This document shows positions 9,839-18,998 of a stretch of DNA of 64,000 nucleotides, one piece after another. The DNA lies in contig OY776510.1 in assembly GCA_963675665.1 (NCBI GenBank), positions 5,078,019 to 5,142,018 on the forward strand, read 5' to 3'. Each line of letters begins with the position of its first letter. The first letter of the stretch is position 1. Below the pieces are notes generated by a model that was given only the letters and a program-made list of their open reading frames with translations, was not told the origin of the DNA and ran no database searches. A program made the translations under genes and the position numbers. The stretch comes from Spirochaetia bacterium. Its GTDB lineage: Bacteria > Spirochaetota > Spirochaetia > UBA9216.

Positions 9839-10699
9839 CTATGTGAGAAGATTCTTTACAAATTTCAGCGACTGTTTTATCTGCAAATCATAATCATCAA
9901 TCTGCATTATTTCGTGGTACAGGCTGACGGCGGATCCCACTTCTCCTCCCGGTTTAACAAACGGTTCCATTGAAATCGGGTTCTGATAATTTACCAGTTT
10001 CAGGGTCTCAAATATGGTTTTCCACGGCATACTGCCGAGCCCCGGGAAATTTCTGTTGTTTTCACCTATGTGAAAATATCTCAGCCTGTCCTTTGCCTTG
10101 AAAATCGGAGATACCATATTACTTTCCTCAATATTCATATGAAAAGTATCCAGATGAATACCAAGCTGCGGAGAGTCAACCTCGTCTAGATACTGCAGTG
10201 CTTCATCACAGGTGTTTATCAGAAAGTTCTCAAACCGGTTTACAACTTCAACATTAAAATATACTCCCTCGTCGGCAAACGCCTTTGACGCTTCTTTCAT
10301 CGCTTCAACGCTGTTTTTCCAGTAAACCTGCTTCTCGCTGTAATCGCTTATTTTACCGTTCCAGGAACCGTGAATTATTCCGCTGCAGTCGCTTGCACCG
10401 ACCTTTCTCATTGCTACGGCCAAATCCGTCAGTATTTTTTTCCCTGCATTTCTTATTCCGGTATCCGGTGAACCTATATCCTCATTGGGAGCAAGCCCCA
10501 GACTCATAACAAGGTCAATTTCATTTTCCACTGCGAGATCCTTAAACCTGAAAATATCATCATCGCTCATATTTAAAAGATAACCTGCCCCAAACTCAAG
10601 AACATCAAATCCCAGCTCTTTAACTTTAGGAATAAGTGAAAACTGCTCGTCATTCCAGTTTCTGACAAAACTTCCGTAGTGAATTCCAATTTTATTCAT
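9839..10699 (-). CDS. sugar phosphate isomerase/epimerase (xylose-isomerase-like TIM barrel; ketose 3-epimerase-like)
   Basis: TIM-barrel family signatures (EFGAGY, HLDTFHMNIEE, FHIGENNR). Confidence 0.7.
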   Translation of the reverse strand: MNKIGIHYGSFVRNWNDEQFSLIPKVKELGFDVLEFGAGYLLNMSDDDIFRFKDLAVENEIDLVMSLGLAPNEDIGSPDTGIRNAGKKILTDLAVAMRKVGASDCSGIIHGSWNGKISDYSEKQVYWKNSVEAMKEASKAFADEGVYFNVEVVNRFENFLINTCDEALQYLDEVDSPQLGIHLDTFHMNIEESNMVSPIFKAKDRLRYFHIGENNRNFPGLGSMPWKTIFETLKLVNYQNPISMEPFVKPGGEVGSAVSLYHEIMQIDDYDLQIKQSLKFVKNLLT

Positions 10700-10752
10700 T
10701 TTTATCATTCCTCCTTTTATCAAATATACCGAACTGTAAAAACCACATGATT

Positions 10753-12225
10753 TTATAAGCCTAAATTCTCTTTATATCTAAAATACTTATCCTGATAAAT
10801 TTTCGTATCCCTCCCGATATGCTCCAGCTTTTTAATTTCTGAAGAACATTTACCTGCCGCATCATCCGTATCTTTAAAAATACCGCTGCCGATACCGGCA
10901 AGCATGGCAGCGCCGACGGAGGACCCTGAAGACATACAGATATAGCCGTCTTTGCCCAGAACACTTAAGAGGATTTTAACCCAAAGACTGTTTTTCACTC
11001 CGCCGCCTGTCAATTTTACACTTTCCAGCTTTTCGAACTCCGGGCCTATAACGGTTGCGGCATCTTTAATAGAAAAAGAAACCCCTTCCATCACTGCCCG
11101 CGCAAGATGCCCCCTGCCGTGACTGCCCATCAACCCGGTAAAGGAACCCCGAAGACCGGGATCCCAGTACGGGGCGTCTTCACCCAGCAGATAAGGATAG
11201 AACAACAGGTCCTCAGCGCCTGCATTTACCTTGGAGGCTTCTTCAATCATTTTTATATAGGCATCAACCGGTTCCGGATATTCCGAATAACAGCATTTTC
11301 TCAACCATTCAATAGAATAGGCACATGAACGGGTGTTCAAATCGATCATCCATTTCCCTTTCTGGAAATATGCCCAGGTGTATGTTTTGGGATTAAGTAT
11401 ATTGTTATAATTGTTTGTTATTGATGAAACAGCAGCCGATGTTCCAAGCCTGATTTTACATTCACGCTCATCGAGAATTCCCAGCGCCAGCATTTCTGCC
11501 GTTCCGTCGCTACAGCCGGCAATTACGGGAAGGCCTTCAGGCAGGCCTGTTATTACTGCAGTTTCCCTGTTAAGGCGTCCCAAGACATTAAATGAATCAA
11601 GGATCTCCGGAAGAAGGTTTTCAGGAATACTGTATTCATCCAGGATTGCCTTTTCCCAGTTTCCGTTTTTAAGGTTGTAATATGAAGAACCGGAAGCATC
11701 GCTGTGATCTGTTTTTATTTCATCTGTAAGAATGTAATTAATATAATCTTTCGGATACAGGATTTTGTAAATCCTGTTCCATAGTTCGGACTGATGTTTT
11801 TTAAGCCACATCAATTTCGGCAGTGTGCACATCGTATTTATTGGATTACAGGTCAATTCCAGTATCTGCTGATGATAGTGTTTTTTTATCAATTCCACTT
11901 CAGCGGAACACCTGATATCATTCCAGAGAATCGCATCGCAAAGCGGCGTTAATTCTTTATTCAGAAGGACAACGCCGCGCATCTGCCCGGCTACGGCAAG
12001 CGCTGCAATTTCCGCGGGAGGGATGTTCCGTGTGCCCGTAATATCTTTAAGACAGGTAAAAACCGCGTTTACCCAGTCCGCCAGAGGCTGTTCCATATAT
12101 CCGGGTTTTCTGGACACCGGTGAATAGGCGCTGTATGTTTCATTTAAAACAACACCTTCCGTGTTAATCAAACTGCATTTACAGCCGCTGGTTCCCAGGT
12201 CCAGACCTATTAAATATTTTTCCAT
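10753..12225 (-). CDS. FGGY-family carbohydrate kinase
   Basis: N-terminal LIGLDLGTSGCK and C-terminal GGG...G actin-fold motifs. Confidence 0.8.
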   Translation of the reverse strand: MEKYLIGLDLGTSGCKCSLINTEGVVLNETYSAYSPVSRKPGYMEQPLADWVNAVFTCLKDITGTRNIPPAEIAALAVAGQMRGVVLLNKELTPLCDAILWNDIRCSAEVELIKKHYHQQILELTCNPINTMCTLPKLMWLKKHQSELWNRIYKILYPKDYINYILTDEIKTDHSDASGSSYYNLKNGNWEKAILDEYSIPENLLPEILDSFNVLGRLNRETAVITGLPEGLPVIAGCSDGTAEMLALGILDERECKIRLGTSAAVSSITNNYNNILNPKTYTWAYFQKGKWMIDLNTRSCAYSIEWLRKCCYSEYPEPVDAYIKMIEEASKVNAGAEDLLFYPYLLGEDAPYWDPGLRGSFTGLMGSHGRGHLARAVMEGVSFSIKDAATVIGPEFEKLESVKLTGGGVKNSLWVKILLSVLGKDGYICMSSGSSVGAAMLAGIGSGIFKDTDDAAGKCSSEIKKLEHIGRDTKIYQDKYFRYKENLGL

Positions 12226-12318
12226 ATCCTGTTCCGAGTATTTTTTCTGTGTCTTGAGCACTAAACTTCTAAACCTGATACTGCACTTTTCTCATTTATT
12301 TATGCAAAATAAATATTA

Positions 12319-13323
12319 TCAGACTGAATTTCTTTGTATCAGTTCGTCAGTCAGCTGCAGATGCGTAACTTCTGCAGGCTCATCAGAATTAATTGATTTC
12401 ATTAAAAGCTCAACAGCTCTTTGCCCCATTTCCTGGGTAGATTCCGAAACTACTGTCAGCGGAGGGTCACACAAACTGCTCCATACAGAATCATCAAACC
12501 CGATCATTCTAACCTGATCAGGGATCCTGATCCCGCGCTCTTTCAGGACCTGCAATGCTATTGCGGTTTTCCCCTGGCTGGCTGCAATCAGACCGTCAAA
12601 CTCTTTGCCGGAATCTATAAAATCGTTAAGAGCGATTACACAATGCTCCGTATCATGTTCATGAATTTTTATACAAAGATGTTCGTCAATTTCGGAATCA
12701 ACAAGAGCCTGATCATAACCTTTTTTCTTTTCGAGGTTTGTCAGCATGCGCTCATCGTAACCGAAATAGATAATCTTTCCGGAACCTTTATCCACTAACA
12801 TTTTGGTAGCTTCATATGCCGCTCCGTAACTGTCGGACACAACCGAACTTATGTCCAGTCCGTCAATTCGCCGGTTGACCTGCACAACGGGCAGGCCCTG
12901 TCCTTTCACTCTCAGCAGCATTTCGGCATTTTGCGAACTGCATGGCGCAATCAGCAGTCCGCTGAATCTTTTTGCCAGCAGCATATTAATAAGTTTCAGC
13001 TCAATTTCCGGGTTCTCTTCACTTGAAGAAATTATTAAATCGTAATCATTTTCCTGACAATATGAGTTTATAACCTTTATCAGGGGAGTAAAAAACTTGG
13101 ACATTACGGGTATTATCAGGCCTATTGCTTTTGAATCCTGGGTTTTAAGCGCCCTGGCGAGAGGGTCCGGAATGTAATTCAAGTCGTCAATTGCTTTCTG
13201 GATCTTTTCAGACAACTCAGGCGACACATACCTTGTTTTATTCAGGTAAGCAGAGACTGTCGCCCTGGAGACTCCTGCAAGCGTTGCAACATCTTTACTT
13301 GAAGCCTTTTTAAGATTTTCCAT
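12319..13323 (-). CDS. LacI-family transcriptional regulator
   Basis: HTH (VATLAGVSRATVSAYLN) plus PBP-like core. Only 8 nt separate it from the upstream permease gene, so it is probably co-transcribed. Confidence 0.85.
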   Translation of the reverse strand: MENLKKASSKDVATLAGVSRATVSAYLNKTRYVSPELSEKIQKAIDDLNYIPDPLARALKTQDSKAIGLIIPVMSKFFTPLIKVINSYCQENDYDLIISSSEENPEIELKLINMLLAKRFSGLLIAPCSSQNAEMLLRVKGQGLPVVQVNRRIDGLDISSVVSDSYGAAYEATKMLVDKGSGKIIYFGYDERMLTNLEKKKGYDQALVDSEIDEHLCIKIHEHDTEHCVIALNDFIDSGKEFDGLIAASQGKTAIALQVLKERGIRIPDQVRMIGFDDSVWSSLCDPPLTVVSESTQEMGQRAVELLMKSINSDEPAEVTHLQLTDELIQRNSV

Positions 13324-13355
13324 ATCCTTCCCCTTGTACCGATTCAAATTAAAAT

Positions 13356-14180
13356 TCAGCCCTTAATCGCTCCCATTGTCAAACCCCGAACTATATATTT
13401 CTGCGTAAGAGAAATAAACAGCACCGCAGGAATAATTGCTATTACCGACGAAGAACTTAATCTTGCCCAATCAAGTTGATAATATCCTAAAGAATTATAT
13501 ATTTCCACAGGTAAAGTGCGGGTCACCCTTCCTGTATTATAGAGCGCAAAAATGAATTCGTTCCATACCGAAATAAAGCCCAAAGTAGCCGATGCAAATA
13601 TTCCGGGTCTTATTGCGGGTATAATTATCAACAGGAAGGATTTCCACCGGCTGCATCCGTCGACCATCGCCGCTTCTTCCAGTTCTACAGGAACATCCTG
13701 AAAAAAGCTTCGCATCATCCAGACTATTAATGGTGTAGCAAGAACAGCGTACATCAGTATCATGGATATATACGAATCCTGTAAACCAATCTTTCTCCAC
13801 AGCAGAAAATACGGTATTACAAAAACAATCGGCGGAACCAATCTGAGATATAAAACAGAATAGGAAATCATCCGGTTTCCTTTAAAACGGAACCTTGCAA
13901 ATGCGTATCCTGCAAAAACTCCTATTATAGTGGACAGCAACGTGGATAACCCTGCTATAACGACGCTGTTAACAAGAGCTTTCAGAAACCTTGAGTCCAG
14001 AAGCAAATGAAGATAATTATCGAATGTGGGTTTGAATTTCCAAACCGGAGGAGAAACGACTGACAGGTTAGTCGGTTTAATTGAGGTCAGTAACAACAAT
14101 ATAAACGGAATAAGTTCTATTGCAATAATCAGTATTAAAACGGCTTTCTTTCCGGTAATAATCAGTTTTCTTTTGTTCAC
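13356..14180 (-). CDS. carbohydrate ABC transporter permease (MalG-like)
   Basis: Paralog of 3762-4586. Confidence 0.85.
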   Translation of the reverse strand: MNKRKLIITGKKAVLILIIAIELIPFILLLLTSIKPTNLSVVSPPVWKFKPTFDNYLHLLLDSRFLKALVNSVVIAGLSTLLSTIIGVFAGYAFARFRFKGNRMISYSVLYLRLVPPIVFVIPYFLLWRKIGLQDSYISMILMYAVLATPLIVWMMRSFFQDVPVELEEAAMVDGCSRWKSFLLIIIPAIRPGIFASATLGFISVWNEFIFALYNTGRVTRTLPVEIYNSLGYYQLDWARLSSSSVIAIIPAVLFISLTQKYIVRGLTMGAIKG

Positions 14181-14193
14181 TTTTCCTCAACTC

Positions 14194-15087
14194 CTAGTTA
14201 TCAAGTTTTTTCATAAATAGAGATACAAGAAAGATTATAAGGATTAAAAACAAAAACGTTGCAGCGCAGGCATACCCCATATGATAATAAACAAAAGCCT
14301 GTGTGGAAGCGAACAGAGAGATATTTTCCGTAACATGACCGGGACCGCCGTTGGTTACTACATAAATCTCGTCAAACATTTTCAAGGCATCCATAAATCT
14401 GAGAATAAACCCGATAACGGCAACAGGTTTGATAATTGGTATAATTATTGAAAAAACCTTTTGCCTCCAGTTTACACCGTCTATTGCTGAAGCATCAAAC
14501 ACGGAATTATCTATGCTGGATATTCCCGCATAAAAGATGATAACAATAAACGGTGTTCTAAGTATAACTTCCATTACCAGTAATGCAACAGGGGCGGCTA
14601 CTGCGCCTTTAAAAATCATAAATCCTTCCAACCCGAACAATTGAAGAAACCAGTTCAGATAACCGAATGTCTGGTCATAAATCAGGGTTTTAAACGCATA
14701 GGAAATTGCTACAGGCGGTACAACAAATGAAACAAGCAGCAAAGTTCTTATTACAGAAGAGAATCCATGTGAAATATCCTTATCGCTCAATAAAAACGCA
14801 ACAATAAATCCTACTATTATCTCAAGCGATGTTGCGACAAACGCAAACAGAAACGTAAAAATCAACGCATGTATAAATCTGCTGTCGTTCGTAAGCAGGT
14901 TAATATAATTCTGAAGACCGATATATTTTGCAGGGGGATCTATCAATTCATATTCCTGCAATGAAATAATAAAAGAATAGATAACCGGGACAATTCCAAG
15001 CAGAATAATCAGGGCAACCGCCGGGAGAATTAATAAATAAGGCAATCTGTAATCATTCTTGCTTTTAGCAACTAATGTAAGCTCCAT
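14194..15087 (-). CDS. carbohydrate ABC transporter permease (MalF-like)
   Basis: Paralog of 4600-5496. EAA-like motif DASAIDGVN. Confidence 0.85.
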   Translation of the reverse strand: MELTLVAKSKNDYRLPYLLILPAVALIILLGIVPVIYSFIISLQEYELIDPPAKYIGLQNYINLLTNDSRFIHALIFTFLFAFVATSLEIIVGFIVAFLLSDKDISHGFSSVIRTLLLVSFVVPPVAISYAFKTLIYDQTFGYLNWFLQLFGLEGFMIFKGAVAAPVALLVMEVILRTPFIVIIFYAGISSIDNSVFDASAIDGVNWRQKVFSIIIPIIKPVAVIGFILRFMDALKMFDEIYVVTNGGPGHVTENISLFASTQAFVYYHMGYACAATFLFLILIIFLVSLFMKKLDN

Positions 15088-15099
15088 ATTTCCCTCTTA

Positions 15100-15128
15100 A
15101 TAGAAAAGCAGGGAGGCTTACGCCTCCC
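15100..15128 (-). terminator. intra-operon rho-independent-like hairpin after the SBP gene
   Basis: GGGAGGC-gtaa-GCCTCCC followed by UGCUUUUCUAUU on the minus strand. Confidence 0.5.
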
Positions 15129-15135
15129 TTTTCAC

Positions 15136-16500
15136 TTATTTTGCAGGCGTAAAGCCGATTCCCATTAAGGATTTATCAGCATCAGCAGCCGCTTCATCTA
15201 CAGTTTTGATACCGGCAATGATATTACTCATTTCGGTAGAAACTATATCAGCTGTTTCTCCATATTTTGCATCTACAAGTATATGATCGGGTTCAATACC
15301 CATAATCATCATCTTTTGTTGTGCATCAATAAATTCAGCGCTCGGCATTGCTTTAACATAGTCTGCAGTCTTGTAAACGGAACTTCTTGCCGGGCAGCCG
15401 TACTGAGGCGCAATTTTATTCATCAGAGTCGGGGATGTAGCCCACTGTATGAACAGCCATGCAGCGCCTTTGTTCCTTGAATCTTCATTCATACCCCAGC
15501 CCCAAACCCAGAGCGGGTCCTTTCCGCCTTCAGCCATCGGAGGCATAGCATATCCGACCTTGCCGGCAACCTTGGATTCTGCTTCATCTTCAAGAAAGGC
15601 ATAGGATGCATTTCCGCCTGTTGTCATGGCGATCATTTCGGTTTTAAATGCCTGGGCAATTTCCGGCCAGGACCAGTTTCCTGACCCCGGAGGCGCATAA
15701 TCAAGAACCAGGGAAGTATAATAATCAAGAACATTCTTGGCAGCCGGAGTACTTACATTGCTTATCATATTCTCAAAATCAAAGAAAGGAACTCCAAACC
15801 TGTAACCCGTACAAAAAAGGTTCCATCCGCTTTCTCCGCCGCCGGGCATCTGGCGTTCGATCCATGCGTATTCCTTGATTTTACCGTCCAGCCTGGCTTT
15901 ATCCAGCTTCGCTGCGGTTTCCCTCAGCTCTACAAAATTGGTAGGAACTGATAACCCGAGTTTGTCAAAGATGTCTTTACGGTACCAGAGTAGAAAATAT
16001 TCCGCCGTATATGGTATAAAAACCAGTCCGGAATCTATTTCCCCGGAAGCAAGAACATCGGCAGGATAGTCGTCGATATTGTACCATTCGGCATCGGTAA
16101 GCTTCGAATCATTAATAAATTTTGATAGATCGGCAAGATATCCGCCCTGTACAAATTCACCTTTGTTTGAGAAACCTACATTGCTTACATCATATTCACC
16201 TGTTCCGGAGTTGAAATCCACAACCTGCTTCTTCTTTCTGTCTGTATCTGAAAGAAGTTCATAATTAACCTTGATTCCAGTGAGAGTCTCAAACTCTTTA
16301 AGCTGCTCAACATAAATTTCCGACACAGCCATGGAAGTCATAAGCACGCTGATGCTTTCTCCTTCAAACTGACGCCAGTCTATACTTCCCCAATCGCCTT
16401 CAACAGCCGGGGCTTCGACACTTTCCTGTGCTCCGCCTGCTGTCGCAACCATCGGCAATAACAGCAGCAGAAAACACGCCAAAATCAGACCTTTTTTCAT
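15136..16500 (-). CDS. ABC transporter extracellular solute-binding protein (family 1, sugar)
   Basis: 454 aa with signal peptide. Paralog of 5642-7033. Confidence 0.85.
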   Translation of the reverse strand: MKKGLILACFLLLLLPMVATAGGAQESVEAPAVEGDWGSIDWRQFEGESISVLMTSMAVSEIYVEQLKEFETLTGIKVNYELLSDTDRKKKQVVDFNSGTGEYDVSNVGFSNKGEFVQGGYLADLSKFINDSKLTDAEWYNIDDYPADVLASGEIDSGLVFIPYTAEYFLLWYRKDIFDKLGLSVPTNFVELRETAAKLDKARLDGKIKEYAWIERQMPGGGESGWNLFCTGYRFGVPFFDFENMISNVSTPAAKNVLDYYTSLVLDYAPPGSGNWSWPEIAQAFKTEMIAMTTGGNASYAFLEDEAESKVAGKVGYAMPPMAEGGKDPLWVWGWGMNEDSRNKGAAWLFIQWATSPTLMNKIAPQYGCPARSSVYKTADYVKAMPSAEFIDAQQKMMIMGIEPDHILVDAKYGETADIVSTEMSNIIAGIKTVDEAAADADKSLMGIGFTPAK

Positions 16501-16651
16501 TTTGTCCTCCTCAAATATTAAACCCTATCAACGATAGGGGGTTAAACACAACTTGTCAAACGTTTCTGTATTTAGAAGAAACATATACAGAATGACTTCT
16601 GTTCAATCAGGTTTATTTAATATCTTTATATTAAATGCCCGTTTTTGACTA

Positions 16652-16685
16652 GACACGTGTAGCTACTCGTGTAGCTACACGTGTA
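16652..16685. promoter_or_regulatory. composite palindromic operator: two TACACGTGTA cores forming a 32-bp inverted repeat with 14-bp arms
   Basis: gACACGTGTAGCTAC-tcgt-GTAGCTACACGTGTa. It abuts the -10 of the minus-strand promoter and covers the predicted +1. Confidence 0.6.
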
Positions 16686-16714
16686 TTATAAAACCATCAC
16701 TCATAATCTGTCAA
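16685..16714 (-). promoter_or_regulatory. near-consensus sigma70 promoter of the second ABC / LacI / kinase / epimerase operon
   Basis: Minus strand reads TTGACA, 18 nt, TATAAT. The operator starts at the last base of the -10. Confidence 0.55.
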
Positions 16715-16789
16715 GATATATCTTTTAGTATTTATTTCATTTCATCTTTTATATTTGATTTATTCCGGCTTTGCATAATTTCCAGCTTG

Positions 16790-18169
16790 TTATCGATTCC
16801 TCTCGCGCAACTTTCTCTCAATATCCGCATGCACTTTCGCATCTATCGGGAATTTTTGAACAACGACTATACCGGCTGCAATAAAACCAAAGGGTATCCA
16901 GGTCTGCAACAGCCGGATTGCATTTACAGCTTCAGGGATCTGGTTCATATTGGCAATGTAACCGGCTTTTGAGAGAACAGTCCCTACCAGAAATCCCGCA
17001 AATGCCGATCCAAGCTTAAAAACAAAGTAGAAAATGCCATAAAGCAGGCCTTCATTTCTTATCCCGGTATCAAGTTCCGAATATTCGACCGTGTCGGGAA
17101 GGATAGACCATGGTGAAAGCCAGTTGGTAGAGAGGCCCATCCCGCAGATAAAAAGAAACAGAAATATTGCCGGAATTTCGGTACCAAACAGGCTCAGTTC
17201 CTTTTCACCGAAAAAATAGATAAGGGCAAGCCCAGCGGCCACAATTCCCATTCCGATATTATATGTGAATTTCTTACTTGTCTTTTTTGAAATTCTTACG
17301 TACATCGGAATGAAGGCTGCAGCGGTAACAAAAACAAACAAGAATCCGACAGATGTCATAGCCTCATTTACAATAACATATTTAAAATAATAACTGATAA
17401 TGACTGCAAGTATACTCATTGCAACAATATGCAGGGCTGTTCCCGCAGTTATAATAATAAACGGTTTGTTCCTGAGAACAGCCAGCAACTTCGGTTTGAA
17501 GGCAGTTTTCTCTCTGTTTACAGAAACGGTCTTCTCTTTGACGGCAATAAAACTGACCAGTGTTACAACAGTTACAATGACACCGTAAATCAACCCTATA
17601 TATCTGAATGCCAGGATCTGGTTGCCGGAGACAAGACTGCCCAGAGATAAAGTAGCGCCCGCTGCAAGCAGTGTTCCAAGAATCCCGAATATAACCCGGT
17701 AGCCTGTTATAACAGCCCGTTCATGTGAATCTTTCGTCATTGCGGGAGTCAGCGCCAGGTATGGAACGTTAACCACTGTAATTGCCGTACAGAATAATAT
17801 AAATGTTACGATTCCGTAGATGAACTTTGTTTCGCCCGGAATATCAGGGCCGAAAAATAACAGAAAAATGGTAATTCCAAGCGGAACCGCCCCGAAAAGC
17901 AGATAAGGCCGTTTCTGTCCCCACCTTGTATCGGTCCTGTCAACCAGGAAACCCATAACCGGGTCAGATACGGCATCCCAGATTTTCGCACAAAGAATTA
18001 TCACTCCTGCAAGAGCAGGCAGTATTCCGAACACATCCGTAAAAAAGAACAGAAGATAGAAACTGGTCACCTGAAAAGCAAGGTTCGCCCCGAAATCGCC
18101 TATTGCATAACCGAATTTCGTCTTCAGATTTACTTTATCGGTTCCTGTTGGTTTTGATATGGAATTCAT
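16790..18169 (-). CDS. MFS transporter, GPH (MelB-like) cation symporter
   Basis: 459 aa. Paralog of 1361-2794. Confidence 0.8.
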   Translation of the reverse strand: MNSISKPTGTDKVNLKTKFGYAIGDFGANLAFQVTSFYLLFFFTDVFGILPALAGVIILCAKIWDAVSDPVMGFLVDRTDTRWGQKRPYLLFGAVPLGITIFLLFFGPDIPGETKFIYGIVTFILFCTAITVVNVPYLALTPAMTKDSHERAVITGYRVIFGILGTLLAAGATLSLGSLVSGNQILAFRYIGLIYGVIVTVVTLVSFIAVKEKTVSVNREKTAFKPKLLAVLRNKPFIIITAGTALHIVAMSILAVIISYYFKYVIVNEAMTSVGFLFVFVTAAAFIPMYVRISKKTSKKFTYNIGMGIVAAGLALIYFFGEKELSLFGTEIPAIFLFLFICGMGLSTNWLSPWSILPDTVEYSELDTGIRNEGLLYGIFYFVFKLGSAFAGFLVGTVLSKAGYIANMNQIPEAVNAIRLLQTWIPFGFIAAGIVVVQKFPIDAKVHADIERKLRERNR

Positions 18170-18172
18170 CTT

Positions 18173-18802
18173 TTATACCCACCCGAGAATTGAGGCAAAA
18201 ACGATATGACATACAACTGCGGCTGAAAGCCCTGCTGCAGCGTAGATTTTCTTCCTCCTGATGGAAAATCCGTCATGCATTCTTGCCAGCATAAAATACG
18301 GAACGGACCACCAGACAACCATGAAATAGATATTCGGCCAGCTCCAGAATTTATACTGCCACACAAGGATTCCCGAAAAGTTCAGCATTATTTCGATAAA
18401 AACAGCAAAAATACTCCACAAGAAAGGAATGACAATACGGTTTGATATTCCAAAGATCTTCAAGCTTCGGTCTTCAGGCAGACTTTTTACAACAATCAAT
18501 CCGCCCAGCGCTGCCAATACAAATATTTCAAAATTCCAACCGGCGTAAATGACGAATGCCGATCTGCCCGGAGTAGTCCACAGTGCTGAAAATTGCGTAA
18601 AATGCAGAACCAGGGCATTTACAATCTCGAGTATCCAGCCGCTTGCAAGCGAGTACAGGCCTATGAATACAGCGCTGAAGTTCTTTCTGCCTGTTTCCGA
18701 AACATAAATATAAATTATAAGAATCAGGAACGGAATAATATACCATTGCAAATTATCAAAATTTCTCAGATTCGACAGCATTTCAATACTTGCGTTTGAC
18801 AT
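18173..18802 (-). CDS. hypothetical polytopic membrane protein (about 6 TM, Trp-rich)
   Basis: Three nt separate it from the downstream MFS gene. No recognisable motif. Confidence 0.5.
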   Translation of the reverse strand: MSNASIEMLSNLRNFDNLQWYIIPFLILIIYIYVSETGRKNFSAVFIGLYSLASGWILEIVNALVLHFTQFSALWTTPGRSAFVIYAGWNFEIFVLAALGGLIVVKSLPEDRSLKIFGISNRIVIPFLWSIFAVFIEIMLNFSGILVWQYKFWSWPNIYFMVVWWSVPYFMLARMHDGFSIRRKKIYAAAGLSAAVVCHIVFASILGWV

Positions 18803-18835
18803 TACTCTACTCCCTTTTTTGTTATCTTATCCCGC

Positions 18836-18858
18836 TACACGTGTAGGTTACACGTGTT
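18836..18858. promoter_or_regulatory. candidate operator: tandem TACACGTGTA / TACACGTGTt
   Basis: Two copies 3 bp apart. They lie 5 nt downstream of the -10 and about 35 nt upstream of the RBS. Confidence 0.6.
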
Positions 18859-18862
18859 ACCC

Positions 18863-18891
18863 ATAATAACACCGGTGTTTTTTTTTGTCAA
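18863..18891 (-). promoter_or_regulatory. sigma70 promoter of the membrane-protein / MFS operon
   Basis: Minus strand reads TTGACA, 17 nt, TATTAT. Confidence 0.5.
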
Positions 18892-18959
18892 TTTATTATT
18901 TAATGCGTACGGATTGTAAGATATCAGGAATATCCGACAATATGGTTTTTAAAAAAGGA

Positions 18960-18992
18960 AAACCCGGACAAACAAAAAAATTGCCCGGGTTT
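18960..18992. terminator. rho-independent terminator downstream of the M24 peptidase gene
   Basis: AAACCCGG-N17-CCGGGTTT stem followed by UCCUUUUUU on the minus strand. Confidence 0.5.
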
Positions 18993-18998
18993 CATTTA

